Positions 26,278 through 38,802 of a stretch of DNA of 64,000 nucleotides are shown here, piece after piece. Both the position numbers and the translations under genes were made by a program. Positions within the stretch are counted from its first letter, which is position 1. The number at the start of each line of letters is the position of its first letter. Origin of the DNA: Tubulanus polymorphus. Taxonomy: Eukaryota > Animalia > Nemertea. Under the pieces are notes generated by a model. That model did not search any database, was not told where the DNA came from, and saw nothing but the letters and a program-made list of their open reading frames with translations. The stretch is taken from assembly GCF_964204645.1 (NCBI RefSeq), contig NC_134026.1, positions 14,914,150-14,978,149 on the forward strand. Direction: 5' to 3'.

Positions 26278-28498
26278 CTAATTCCAGCTGTTAAGGGAGT
26301 GTTTTATAAATGAGAAAGCAGAAGGGCGTTCATCATTATTGGATGGAAGTTCAGGTGCTGCTGTTGTATTCTGTAATAAGGAATCAGTTGTTTCCGGCCT
26401 CCATTGTGCCCTTGATGGGCTTGCATACTGACGAGGTTCTAGAATTTGATAATTATTCATTGGCGGTTCCATGGCTCCTAACTGTGGTCCAAACGGCTGT
26501 TGCATATAATTACTTTGCCCAAACATACCACTCATGAGCTGAAATATTTTCAGTTCATGAGCCCAATCATCTCTACGCATGCGTTCCTCTTTTTCACGCT
26601 CTTCTTTTCGCATTTGTTCTTCTTTTTCCAAAAATTTCTCATCTGACCGCTATTGAAACTGAAGAAATGATTCAAACAGTTCACCTTGGCGGGTGAGCTT
26701 CTTCTTTGGAGGTGCTGAAAAATTGAAAAACTCGTGACATATACTTAAACCACTTATAGTACAATGTCCATACAAAATTATAGAATTCGTACAGATATGG
26801 ACACCCAGAATTCCATGATCCACGCTGATCAATCACAAAGGTGCACCAGGGGCCCTCCCCCAGAAAATGGATTTTTCCAAACTGTGAGATCGATTAGTGA
26901 ATCTGGACATGATATATTGTGAGAGGAAATAACATGAATCACCATATTCATCAACTAAAACAATTGATATAGATTGATATAGATTCAATCATAAGTTGAT
27001 TTGCACAATTATGATGATAATAAAAACATAGGCCCTAATCACACATCACAGTCATAATCCAATTCATTCATAGGCACATATTAGACACATTACATTCATT
27101 CATATTAGACCACTTAACAGTCTATTTTCTTTATATATAAGTTATCTTTGTATTGTGTAATTGAAATGGTTGATAATTCAAGAACAATTAATAGACTGCA
27201 TACTGCTTAGAACACAAAACAATGGTATTCGGAATATCTCTGAAATTGAAATTCCCTGACTTTTCCCTGATTCTACGTTATACCCAGAAATTTGGTCAAA
27301 GCCTGAAAAGAACTTCCCTATAAAAACATGATTTCTGTCTACCGGGCAGAGGAATAAAGACGTTAACTGCTGAGGCCCCATGTTCAAAAATTCAAATAAT
27401 ACTACTACCTTTTTCTTTGTCTGTTCTTTGGACTTTATCTGGTTTTCGGGCTTTATTTACTTTTTGAACTTTATCTGGTTTTTGCACTTTTTCAATAGGC
27501 TTCTTTATCTTCGCTTTTTCTTTGGGTGTGCTGGTCGAAATTTCTGCAAATCAAATTCAAAATGGTATATTTCATCAAGAGGTTCTATCACATCTGAAAA
27601 GAGGGCATTGCTATGCTAGTTCACTGCAATCATCTCATACAGGGGTGCTGAAGAAAGTGAATTTCACTAGCATTAAATACATACTTGTTTTTGATCCATG
27701 TGCACTGGTATCTACAGGCTGAATCAGCTTACTTCTTTGTTTCATAAACTTGCTGACAATCTGTGACCCTAAAATGTGTCAATTTATGAATATAAAATTG
27801 CAGTACCATAAACAGAAGTTACTCGAAAAAAGTTTTAACACTGAACTTCAACTGCTTGAAGATTGAATTTACCAGTTTCACATGTCATTATTATGGTACA
27901 TTTTATTAGAAATAATTAAGCTTACCGACACCATCACTGTCATCACCACTACTACAAAGTTCATCATCAACGTCATTTTCTGCCGCAGAATTACTGGTAA
28001 CAGTAGATATAGGACTAAAAGGACTCAACTATCATCATCCTCATCATCATCATCATCGTTGATATCATTATCAGACACGGAACTGGTTTCATCTTCATCT
28101 GATGATGCACTAACACTGGCTGGCTCAGTCTCAATCTCTTCTGGCTCCAAAACGTACTGAGACTGTACCTGTGAGGTCTCCAGCATTACCCTAGGCCTAA
28201 TATTCGGTCTATGGCCTAATATTTCATCTAATTCTTCGTAATAATCCATTGTTATTCTCCCTCTCCCAGATCTTGAGTTGTTGTCTTTAATTTTTTTGAA
28301 TTCCGCCTTCAGTCGTTTCATACGGCTTTTTATCTGTGTTGCCGTTTTCGCTATTCCGTATATCAATAGTTCAGTAGATATCGTTTTGTAAACGAGCGAA
28401 TCCTTTTTCGTTCCGTCGAATTGTGATTGGATATCTTCGCGCTTCCAAATCGCTATTAGCGCCTTGTTTTCTCTACTTGACCACTTAGTCATTTTCAT
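26278..28498 (-). pseudogene. Harbinger Myb/SANT (trihelix) DNA-binding partner, multi-exon, with an apparent frameshift and a stop
   Basis: KWSSRENKALIAIW...YKTIS..L...GIAKTATQIKSRMKRLKAEF...MDYYEELDEILGHRP; acidic tract; predicted downstream exons at about 27768-27684, 27544-27408 and 26716-26278 (coiled-coil REEREKEER..WAHELKIFQLM). Confidence 0.82.
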
Positions 28499-29002
28499 TA
28501 ACTTCTAAATAATACTTCGTAAACAAAAAATACCGGTAACTAAAATGTCAATGAAGTCCGCTGAGTGGAATAATACCGTGGTGATTGAAGCGTTGTCGTG
28601 TTCGTTGTTCGCAAAGCCCGGAAATAAAGCGGAAGCTAAGAACGGTGCTGCCATCTGTTAAGGAACTCAACGGAGCCGCCTTTTCGTGATCGTGCGTCTA
28701 CACGGATGAAAAAGCCGGCTATTTAAAAGCGGCTCCGTTGGGGCCTACTCGCGAGTAGGCCTAAACGGAGCCGCCTTTTTAAAAGGCGGCTCCGATAAAG
28801 GCGGCTTTTTGGGAATTTTCTCCTCGTGTAGACTGAAAATAAAGGATTTTTCCTCTCGTGTAGATGGGCCTTTAGATATCAAGGAACCGAAACGACTTAT
28901 CAAAAGCAGCGAGGAATGAAAAAGGATGACGTTAGTCGAAGATGAATAGATGGAATTTATCAAATAGATTTCAAATAAAATAAGAAATTTCATATATTAC
29001 AA

Positions 29003-29683
29003 ATGGAAAGTAAAAAGCCACAAATCATAAATATTACAAATAACGCTGGTGTTGTTAATATATATCATAAGATATGTACTAAGTGTGAATTAGATAAACA
29101 ATCTTCTGAATATTATAAACAAAAGATTAACAAAGATGGTTTACGAAATATTTGTAAAACATGTTGGAAACAAAATAATGCACAATATCGAGAAAATAAC
29201 CCAGAATACATGAGAGAATGGAAAAAAGATAACCGCGAACATATCAATAATTACCAAAAAGTAAAATATAATTCAGATCCATTATTCAAATTAAAGCATA
29301 CTAACAGAACAAGTTTGAAGAGAGTTTTCAAAAATTTTATAAAATCTGATAGATCAATTGATTATTTAGGATGTTCTATAGAATTTTTTAAATCATGGAT
29401 AGAATATCAGTTCGATAATAACATGAAATTTGAGAATCATGGAGAATATTGGGAGTTAGATCATGTTATCCCATTACCATCAATTGAGGATGAATCTGAA
29501 ATAAAAAAAACATGTAATTGGGTGAATATTCAACCTTTATCGAAAATAGAAAGTAGAATTAAACCTGATAAAATTGATAATGAATTATATGATAATCAAA
29601 TAATTAAATCTGAAAGATTAATACAATTATGGAATAATGATCCAAATAATGACCAATACGTTGAGTCTTTAATAAGTAGTTAA
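29003..29683 (+). CDS. HNH-type endonuclease with N-terminal CxxC...CxxC (copy A)
   Basis: CTKC...CKTC; LGCSIEFFKSWIEYQF...ENHGEYWELDHVIP...NWVNIQPL, a type common in large DNA viruses. Confidence 0.72.
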   Translation: MESKKPQIINITNNAGVVNIYHKICTKCELDKQSSEYYKQKINKDGLRNICKTCWKQNNAQYRENNPEYMREWKKDNREHINNYQKVKYNSDPLFKLKHTNRTSLKRVFKNFIKSDRSIDYLGCSIEFFKSWIEYQFDNNMKFENHGEYWELDHVIPLPSIEDESEIKKTCNWVNIQPLSKIESRIKPDKIDNELYDNQIIKSERLIQLWNNDPNNDQYVESLISS

Positions 29684-29910
29684 AGATTAATATATCTCAA
29701 ATAAAAAATATTAAAAAAACAATAACTTCAACTATCTATTATTTCTATTTTAATTTTTAACATTTTCTTTTACAATTCTTGTTAACACTAGATTGAATAG
29801 AAATTCTTTAACTTTAACTAACCTAGTCAATTTAGTATTAACCTAAAGAGATACTAATATCATTTTATAATACTTATAATATTTTTATCTTGCTTTTTTC
29901 CCCTATATAA

Positions 29911-30525
29911 ATGTCAAAGAAATCGAGTAAGAATAATACCGATATTGAAAAAACATTAGATGATTTAGGTATTAGCGATAATAAGGATATTCCGACCAAA
30001 ATTGAAAATAATATTCAAGTAAATAACAATATTGATTATGAATACTACTTATATTGTAAGCACCATCTTGAGTAACTTATTGCTGGCGGGAAATCTAAAG
30101 AGTTTTTAAATAGAATCATTACTTTTCAAGAACTAGACTCTATGAAACCAGATAAAGTAATAAAATATTTTAAGATTTATGAAGAAGCTAGATTGGCTAG
30201 AATAAATGATTCTATTTCAGATAGCATTATAAAATGTTATTCAAAATTATGTAACCGGTTAGTGTCAATTGATGATGAAAATAAATTATATAGTGATTTG
30301 AAAAATGACTATTTAGTTATGACTGATTTACAAAAATGGATCGGGTATGCTTCATTCCAATTAGGATCGGTTATGACATTAATTTCTACTGGTATCATAA
30401 CATTTTCGAATATCAAACCTATGGAATATAAATCAGGTAAGAACGAAACAGATGGCGCCGTACGACACACAAACGGTGAAACAGAAAATGAATCAGAACA
30501 AAAATTAACTAAAATAAATGAGTGA
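29911..30525 (+). pseudogene. Conserved viral hypothetical protein (one internal stop); paralog at 57824-58425
   Basis: MSKKSSKN... colinear with the minus-strand copy; C-terminal hydrophobic segment. Confidence 0.7.
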
Positions 30526-30904
30526 TGGTCCGTACCCGCACAGTGATGTTAAGAAAAAGGCTAGATCCGAGAAACAAATTAAATGGGCAAGAGAATAAGG
30601 TAAAAGATCTGCAGAATTAAAAAAAGCTAAGAAAAAGAAATTAACTGATATGAATGAATCACAGACTTTATCTGATATTGATTCAAATAACAATCCATCT
30701 GATTCATCTAATAGTGGAAGAAATAATTACTTATATATTACAATTGGATTAGTAACAGTTATTATATTCTCTGGTGTAATATATAAATATAAGTATAAAT
30801 CTGATTATAACAATAATGATTCCGATGATAAACCTATCATACCAGAAAATAAATCAAATCATAAAGTCATTAAAACTAAATCTAAATTATTATTAATGGA
30901 TTAA
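30518..30904 (+). pseudogene. Small basic protein with one TM segment (internal stop)
   Basis: KKARSEKQIKWARE*GKRSAELKKAKKKK...YLYITIGLVTVIIFSGVIY; homolog at about 57430-57830 minus. Confidence 0.65.
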
Positions 30905-30910
30905 AATAAG

Positions 30911-32002
30911 ATGAAAAAAGAACAATATTTAAGAGAGTTATATTACAACCCAGAAAGTGAAGTATCATATTCTAACGTTTCGGAATTATGGGGTAAAATT
31001 AAATCTGATAAAGAAAATGGTAATATAAAATATAGTGAATTAAAATCATGGTTACAAAATCAACCAACATATCAAATCCACAAGAAAATGGATAAAACTT
31101 ATTTAACAAGAAAAGTTATGGTTTCATATATCGATCAACAATGGCAAGCAGATTTAATTGACATGAAGAACTTAGAAGAATACAACAAAGGATATTTCTG
31201 AATATTAAATGTTATAGACATATTCAGTAGATACGCATGGTCAATTCCAATCAAAAATTAAACTGGTATAGAAGTGACAAATGCTTTTAAATCAATATTT
31301 AAAGAAGCTATTCCAGATAAGATACAATTTGATGAAGGTAAGGAATTCTATAACAAACATTTTAAAAAACTATTATCTGATAACGATGTAGATTATTTTT
31401 CAACACACTCAGATAAAAAAGCATCTATTATAGAAAGATTTAATAAAACATTGAAAACTAGAATGTGGAAATATTTTACTGCTAATGAAACATATAATTA
31501 TATCGATATATTAGATGATTTAGTGAAAGGTTATAATAATTCTAAACATAGTTCTATAAATATGAAACCTATACAAGCTAGAAAAGAAGATAATTCAGAA
31601 ATAGTTTGGAATAATTTATATGGAGCATTTGTTACACATGATTTCGGTGAACCTAGATTTAAAATAGGACAACATGTTAGAATATCTAAATATAGAAAAA
31701 CATTTTATAACGGTTATACTCCAAATTTTACTGAAGAAATATTCAAGATTAAAAAGATAATATTAACTAAACCTTTTGTTTATAAATTAGAAGATATAAA
31801 AGATGAAGAAATATTAGGTTATTTCTATGAACAAGAATTATCACTTGTACCAAACCCAGATGAAATAGAAGACGAAATAGAAAAAGTATTGAAAACAAAA
31901 ACTCTTAAAGGAAAAAAGTATTCTTTGGTGAAATATAAAGGGTATGATGATAAATTTAATGAATGGATTTTATCTAGTAAAATTAAAAGAATGAATGAAT
32001 AA
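30911..32002 (+). pseudogene. Polinton RVE (DDE) integrase with C-terminal chromodomain, two premature stops (copy A)
   Basis: QQWQADLID, IDIFSRYAW, IQFDEGKEF, KASIIERFNKTLK, YNNSKHSSI, VKYKGYDDKFNEW. Confidence 0.92.
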
Positions 32003-32604
32003 AGATTTATTTATATTTGAACCGCATAATATGTTGGTTACTGGGGTAACAAACTGTGGTAAAACACATTTCATATTAAACTTGTTAGAAACTATTTATA
32101 AGAATCATTTTGATAATATAACATTATTCTGTCCTACTTATGAAATGAATAAAACATATAATAGGGATATAGTTAAGATAAAAAAGTTTATTTTATTAGA
32201 TACTAAAACAGTAAAAAAATTTAGATAATTGTATTAAAATAGCAATTGATATTTATAAAGGATCAAATGCATTATTCATTATAGATGATTGTGCTAATTT
32301 GCATGATTCAAAAGTTAGAGAAAGTGAGTTATGTTATTTAGCTTTCTCTGGGACACATTTCGGGATAACAACATGGGTTTTAAATCAAAAATATAATTCA
32401 ATTGTTAAAGACTTTAGGGAGAATATAAGATTTCTAGTTTTATTCTACAATAAAGATAGAAAATCTATGCAACAATCATTAGAAGAAAATCAAATTATAC
32501 CTACTGAATTACATGATGAATATATGAATAAATTGAAGAATCATAAAGGTTCAAAATTATTACTGAGACTACAATTTCCCTATGAATATAAATTTATAAA
32601 ATAA
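31995..32604 (+). pseudogene. FtsK/A32-like packaging ATPase, frameshifted (copy A)
   Basis: Walker A GVTNCGKT, Walker B FIIDDCA, SG(R/T)H...QKY...REN. Confidence 0.88.
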
Positions 32605-32629
32605 CCTCAGTAAAAGATATTTCAAATAA

Positions 32630-32930
32630 TACGTATTAGATACGTATCTGATACGTATTAGATACCTTAATGCTTAAAACCCACTTTTTTAAAATAGATA
32701 TTATTTATACAGTTTTAAACCAATTTATTTTTATTTTTTCAACTAAGTTTGAAAATTATAAAGGTTATTTATTATTACTGAGGTTTCAATATAAATTTTA
32801 AAAAAATTATAATTTAAGATATTTTCAAATAATACGTATTAGATACGTATTAGATACCTTAATGCTTAAAACCCACTTTTTTATTAACTATTATTTTATA
32901 CAATTTTCAAACAATATATTAGTTGAGATA
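32630..32930. repeat. Duplicated intergenic unit with atacgtattag short repeats between convergent gene blocks; counterpart at 50410-50790
   Basis: Two copies of aataatacgtattagatac...gataccttaatgcttaaaacccactttttt. Confidence 0.75.
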
Positions 32931-32954
32931 ATTATAATTACCATCTTAATCACT

Positions 32955-33934
32955 TTAATCATCAGACTGTATTTCGTCATCAGCCTCTATTTTGCCATAA
33001 GACTTTAACAATCTATTCAAATGCTCTACCGTATCTTCTTCGAATTCTTCATTATAATCCTTATTCATCCTATTTTCCGAATTTTTATCAATAGTTGTTT
33101 TATTGTTATACTTATTCACCCCTTCTACCGCATCATCAATAGTTTCTACTTTATCTTTCGTTAAAAATGTATCCACATAATCATTATAATCAAAACGATT
33201 TCCTGTAACTATATTTTCATTATCATCTTTCTTAGTGTTCGCTCCTAATATTTCATTTACAATGTTTGATCCTTATACTTTATTAGCATCGGTTAAATCT
33301 AATTCATCTTTATTAGGTGCTGCTAATAAGAAATCACGTAATAAATCTTCATATAATTCTTAACCATTTACATCTTTATTTGAAACAAACTTTGTTACAT
33401 ATCTAAATGGGTGTTCTATAAATTCTCTTATACCAACACGCTCTATTACATTAGTCATATGTACCTTTGTATTCATATGTTTATTCCAATTGGTTGGAAT
33501 GTTTGAAAATTCACCATTACAATAACCACAATAATTTATTCTATCTTTATATTTATTAATATTATTTCAATATTGGGTGTAGAAGGTAAAACATTATTAG
33601 ATGTAGAAGGGAAAACATTATTAGATGTAGAAGGAATAACATTATTAGATGTAGAAGGATGAACATTATTAGATGTAGAAGTTAAAACATTATTAGATGT
33701 AGAAGGTATAACATTATTAGATGTAGAAGGAATATTATCTATATTATCATTAATATTATCTTTTTTATTTATATCATTATTACGTTCAATTAAATATTAT
33801 TTTTATTGATTTAATTCATTTAATAAAAATGTTCCAATATATTCATTTATTCTTTTATAAGGTATTACATAATATGAATTATTATTGATTTCTTTATTAG
33901 CTTTTATTCTTTCATATACTTTACCTCCGTCCAT
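32955..33934 (-). pseudogene. Zinc-finger protein with PSTSNNV repeats (copy A)
   Basis: Homolog of 49591-50247 (YCGYC..EFSN...NWNKHMNT..H); 24-bp tandem repeats at about 33578-33735. Confidence 0.7.
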
Positions 33935-33965
33935 TTATTATATTAAATCTAATAAAGTTAAAATT

Positions 33966-35217
33966 TCAATATTTCATAACACTATTTAATTGAGAATTTA
34001 CAATATTTAATTGTGCGTCAGATATAATATAAATATGCATTTTGAAATGTAAGCTTCCTTTTTTCTTTGTCATGAATAATTGTATTCCATCTTTAGTGTT
34101 ATGTAGTTTTTTCCCAGAACCATGTAATGAATTATCTTCAGTTGTTCTAAAATCTAACCATAATGCATATTTATTACCGGTATAATAATCAATTTGATTA
34201 ATATTACAATTTTCAGATGATTTTACTTTTTCATTCATAAAATGTTTTTTTAATTTCTGGCCATTGATCTATCATTCTCATTCCTTGACAAAATATTTTA
34301 TTTGCTATTCCTTCGATAGTTATTTCTACTTTTGTTATTTCAGGATTATAATAATTATCAACATTTATTGCGCCATTAGAATATGTTGCAATAGTAAAAA
34401 ATATTAATATACCTTTAATAGATCTTCTTGGGAAGTTAATATTCTCATTAATTATTTCATCACCTGCATTAATAGTTACAGTTTTAAATTTATCAATATA
34501 ATCATATAATAATGAAAATCATTGATTGTATTGAGTTTGAATTGTTTTAGCAATATTTTCATCAGTTACTGTATCATATTCTAAACATATATTCGATTAT
34601 TTATAACCCATATCTTTAACAACGCTAGATAATACAATTTCATTTACAGGAGCAAATGTTATGTCAAATGTAACATCTTCTTGAATTGCATATTTATATA
34701 AAGGTGCATTATTATTTATCAATTCAAAGTCTAATGGAATTTTATATTTGCTTCCATAAATCTTTTTTATAAATTTATCTGCATCATTAGTTAATATTGC
34801 GCTATTAGCTTCTGATCTTAATTTATTTTGGTTTTCTGATTGGATGCCTTGAAATATCATATTATTTCTATTTTCTTTAGTTAACCATAAATCTTTATAA
34901 TGCATAAATAAATTAGAATCATCTAATGAGAAAACTGTGTCTGGACCAATCTTTATAGTTAATTTTTTAATCAAATATCTTCCAACATTATCAACAACGT
35001 AATTATTATTATTGCCAGTTACTTTTATATCGGCTGATAAATAAATACTATTTGGAACATAAAAAGTATTTTGTGTTAATCGAGGAATTCTAACATATAA
35101 AGTTTCATCAGGATTAATATTAGAAGGATTATGAGTAATTATATGATGTGATCTTTCTGCTTTAATAGCATTAGATATTCTATGATCCTTAGAAGGACTT
35201 ATATAACTCCCACTCAT
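33966..35217 (-). pseudogene. Probable major capsid protein (double jelly-roll), frameshifted (copy A)
   Basis: About 415 aa, beta-rich, strongly conserved between copies; VGRYLIKKLTIKIG, YKIPLDF, ICLEYD, PRRSIKGILIFF, ALWLDFR, IISDAQLNI; position in the structural block. Confidence 0.68.
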
Positions 35218-35234
35218 TTATTTAACAAAAAAAT

Positions 35235-36688
35235 TAATTATTTATTTTTTATCATATTCACTAACCCAAAAATAATTGCACTTACAACTGTAATTAAAAA
35301 TAAAATAATATGTTCAGCAGCAAAGTTAAGAATATTCCCTGCAGATTTCAATATAAAACCAACAATTGATGCAATAACTCCGGGTAAAGCTGCAGCAGAT
35401 TTTTAGATAGTTCCCATAAATATTTTGCTAATTTCTTTAAACCATCTTTAACTTTATCTTGTATAGAATTATTATCATTTGGCGGTTTATCTGGTTTATT
35501 AGGATTTAGCGTAGATTTCAGTGAATTTGATATAGCTAAACCAATTGTTGTAAATACCATAGTTACAGCTGTTAGAATTGAAAGAATTGTTATACCTTCT
35601 AACTTAAATAATAATTTTATTCTATCTTTCAATGATATTTTAGAATCTGGTTTAATCAACAAATCTTTAAGAATAACTTTTAATCTATTAATATTATAAT
35701 CATGTGATTTTAATAATAATTTAATTTTTTCTTTCTGAAATTCTATGTTATATTCTAAATCATCTTTTTTTATTTTCTAAATATGCATTTGTTTTTTTAA
35801 ATTCGATTTCTTCAATAACTTTATTATCTCTATCTAATTTTAGTTGTTCTATTTCTTTAATTTTATCAGTTCTATCTTTTTCTAACGTTCTAATTTTAAA
35901 ATCTCTTATACTTTTATCATGTGCAATTTTATCAGATGCAAGTCTTATACTAATAATTTCTCTTATTGCTTTATCAGAAAATATATTTAAATCTTCTAAT
36001 TCTGGATCTGTTGCATCAAGTAATCCATTTGGTAAAAGTTTTTCAATTGGTACTTTATTTGATTTTAGTTTACTAGTTTTGGAAGTTATATTCTGTTCAG
36101 AAGTTCTTTCTGTTTCTAAATTATTTTTGATTGTTTCAAATAAATCATTAATTCTTTGTTTAAATACTCTTTTATTTTGATTTATTTCTTCTTGTGTTAC
36201 ATTTTCTATTTCATTACTATTACTTATTCTTTTAATTCTATCTGGTTCTAATTTTTCCAAAGTTGATTCTGCTAATATTTTGTTTTGATTTTTATAAGAG
36301 ATATCAATATAATAATCATCTTTCAAATGATAATAATATTCACCATCTAAAGATTTTAATTCTTGTACTAAAAGTCTGGCGCCTCTATCATTTATATTAT
36401 ACCCAGATCTTTCAAATACAGGTTTGAATCTATAAATATATTCATTATATTCTAATCTTTTTTTACTAAATCTGGATTTTCATTTTCAGGATTTATTCTC
36501 GATTAAGTTCTATCAAATTCATCTGTTGATTGGCCTTTAGAACCACTATCTGCTAAATTAGAATTATATGCTGATTCATCATCATTATCAATATTTGTTT
36601 CTGCATCATTATAATCATCATCAATATATCCTTCATTATTATTTCCCATTTCTCCCATTTCATAATCTTCTCCACCTTCTACATCCAT
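35235..36688 (-). pseudogene. Coiled-coil protein with C-terminal hydrophobic helices (copy A), fragmented
   Basis: Acidic N-terminus, coiled coil, SLKDRIKLLFKLEGITILSILTAVTMVFTTIGLAI and AAALPGVIASIVGFILKSAG; homolog at 46850-48290. Confidence 0.7.
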
Positions 36689-36704
36689 TTACATAATAAA
36701 AAAA

Positions 36705-38157
36705 TTAAAATTTAAAATATAATATTCCTCCAATTACAATTCTTATACAAGTTATAGCTAATTTAGCATTTTCATGGGATTTATTGTCATCATTTAGTTT
36801 AATTATTTCATGTTGAATATTATCAGTTTCATTATTCCTGAAGATGACTATTAGGATATAGTCGAAACGTTGAAATAAACTACTATCTCGAAGTTTCATT
36901 TTCGGACTTTTTATTATCATTGTGGGATTCTCTCCTCATCGCGTCAACACGGATATAGTGTTCTACCAATCGTGATTATCAGTTTTAATATTTTCTGATG
37001 TATTGTAATCTTTTATTTTTGAATCATTATTTAATTTAATATTCTTAGATTTAGTTTCTGTTGATTGAATATGTTTTTTATTTTTTTCACCTTCCATTAA
37101 TTTTGGAGCAGAAATAATCTTTTTATTTATATCATTTAATCCAAATGAATTATTTATTGTTGCAGTCTTAATTAAATTATTATAACCCATCATTATTTCC
37201 CATCTTTAATACTAAATCATTAGAAATAATTAATAGATTAGGGCCTATACAATAATTTAATCTAATATGTGATTTATCTAAATAATTTTGATATCTTACA
37301 ATGTTTTCTGGAATCGATCTATTTTTATCATTATGAATAGAATCTTCAAATAAAACTTTGAATTGTTTCTGCGCATCAAATGAAGTGTTATCATTTCCAA
37401 CTATTGGTGATCTTGTTTCAACTTGCGCACCTAGAATACATATCAAATAAGTTCTAATAGATTGATTTATTCTTTGTATACCTGTTATCGTAAAACCTTC
37501 ACTATTTTCTAAAATGAAATTAATCCAACCATTATTATTATCAATTTTATAATTATGATAAGCTGAAATTCTATGTATATAATCAATTCTTTTTATTTCA
37601 TACTCTTCACCAATACCTTGCAATTTACCATGCGCTCTAAAATCGGAATTAATATTTATATTAAATTCATTACATATTTTAAAAAACTTAGATAGATTAA
37701 TATTATTATCCAATTCTTTAAAATATTTAGATCCGGGCAAAGGACATTCTAATTCATTTAATATTACTCTGATTTGAAAATATGTGTGAAATCTAAATAT
37801 TGTGTGAATCAATTTTAAATCAGAATACTTCAAATTTTTATCTAAGTTATTCAAATGATCATTCCAACTTATACCAGTTGTTGCACAATAAACAGCAAAA
37901 TTTAATTGGTTCTGCCAATATTTCATATTAGATTTTACTTTGTATATATGATATTCATCTCGAGTAAAAGTAACTTCATATGTATTAAATATATTTTCCA
38001 TTTTAGAAATAAAAAACTGTGATTCAGTAACATAAATTTCTAAATTAGTTAATGAATTTAAAACTAAATTTTTATATGTAATATTTTTTTTTAAATCTAT
38101 TGCAGGAATATTATATTTAATTGATTTATTATATTGGAAAGCTTTTGGAAACCCCAT
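36705..38157 (-). pseudogene. Conserved viral protein (YWQNQLNFAVYCATTG family) with C-terminal TM anchor (copy A)
   Basis: Homolog of 45508-46832; interrupted by a frameshift and a 145-bp insertion. Confidence 0.75.
36830..36974 (+). mobile_element. Solo Penelope-like pLTR with hammerhead-like motif, 11-bp TSD
   Basis: Absent from copy B; ATTATCAGTTT duplicated at 36819-36829 and 36975-36985; CTGAAGA T GACTAT taggat ATAGTC GAAA CGTTG followed by AATAAA. Confidence 0.8.
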
Positions 38158-38174
38158 TTATATAATTAAAAAAT

Positions 38175-38425
38175 TAATAATTTATTAATTCTTTTAATAA
38201 TTTATCTTGTTCTTCAAATGTTATATGACCATTTAAACTTATTATATGATCTAGTGTATTTTTTAATTTATTAATTTCTTTTATATTAGTTTTAATGTTT
38301 TCTTTATTACTTTTTATATTTAATTTTGAACTTATGCCAGTTAAAACACTTGAACTTAAACCTAATACACCGATTGATATAGCTAAAGGTGTTAATGGAC
38401 TGAATATAACTATAACTATACTATA
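38175..38425 (-). pseudogene. 3' half of a two-TM protein gene, cut off by a hairpin terminus
   Basis: IFSPLTPLAISIGVLGLSSSVLTGISSKL, homologous to 45051-45490. Confidence 0.75.
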
Positions 38426-38426
38426 C

Positions 38427-38598
38427 TACTCGCGAAACTCATAAAAATGAAAAATAAATTCTCACGCTCGAATTTATTTTTCATTTTTATGAGTTTCACT
38501 CCTAATTCAAGTAGAAATTGTTATTATTTTCATGTTTTTCATTTTTACTCACCCGCCCATTCAACCTTTAACCTGAAAGCCTATTACCCCTATTACTC
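38427..38598. repeat. Partial terminal hairpin of copy B
   Basis: gaaactcataaaaatgaaaaataaattc-loop-gaatttatttttcatttttatgagtttc plus inner arm ending cctattacccctattactc. Confidence 0.85.
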
Positions 38599-38802
38599 TT
38601 AAAATAATCATATACATGAATAACATTTAAATTGACAGATTATTCAATATAAAAGTATATATTTACAACATTATTTCAATATTTATATTTGTATGAGTTA
38701 GATTTTTAAACATTAAAAGTGTTAGTAAAGTGTGATTGAAATAATTCATATATAAATCATTGAACTTCTAAAATCAATTCTAATAAAAAATTTAGTATTA
38801 AA

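Larger units (their letters stand above)
21949..28871. mobile_element. Complete PIF/Harbinger transposon
   Basis: TIR AGGCCCATCTACACG ... CGTGTAGATGGGCCT; TSD TTA at 21946-21948 and 28872-28874; convergent transposase and Myb/SANT genes; subterminal gcggctccg repeats. Confidence 0.93.
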
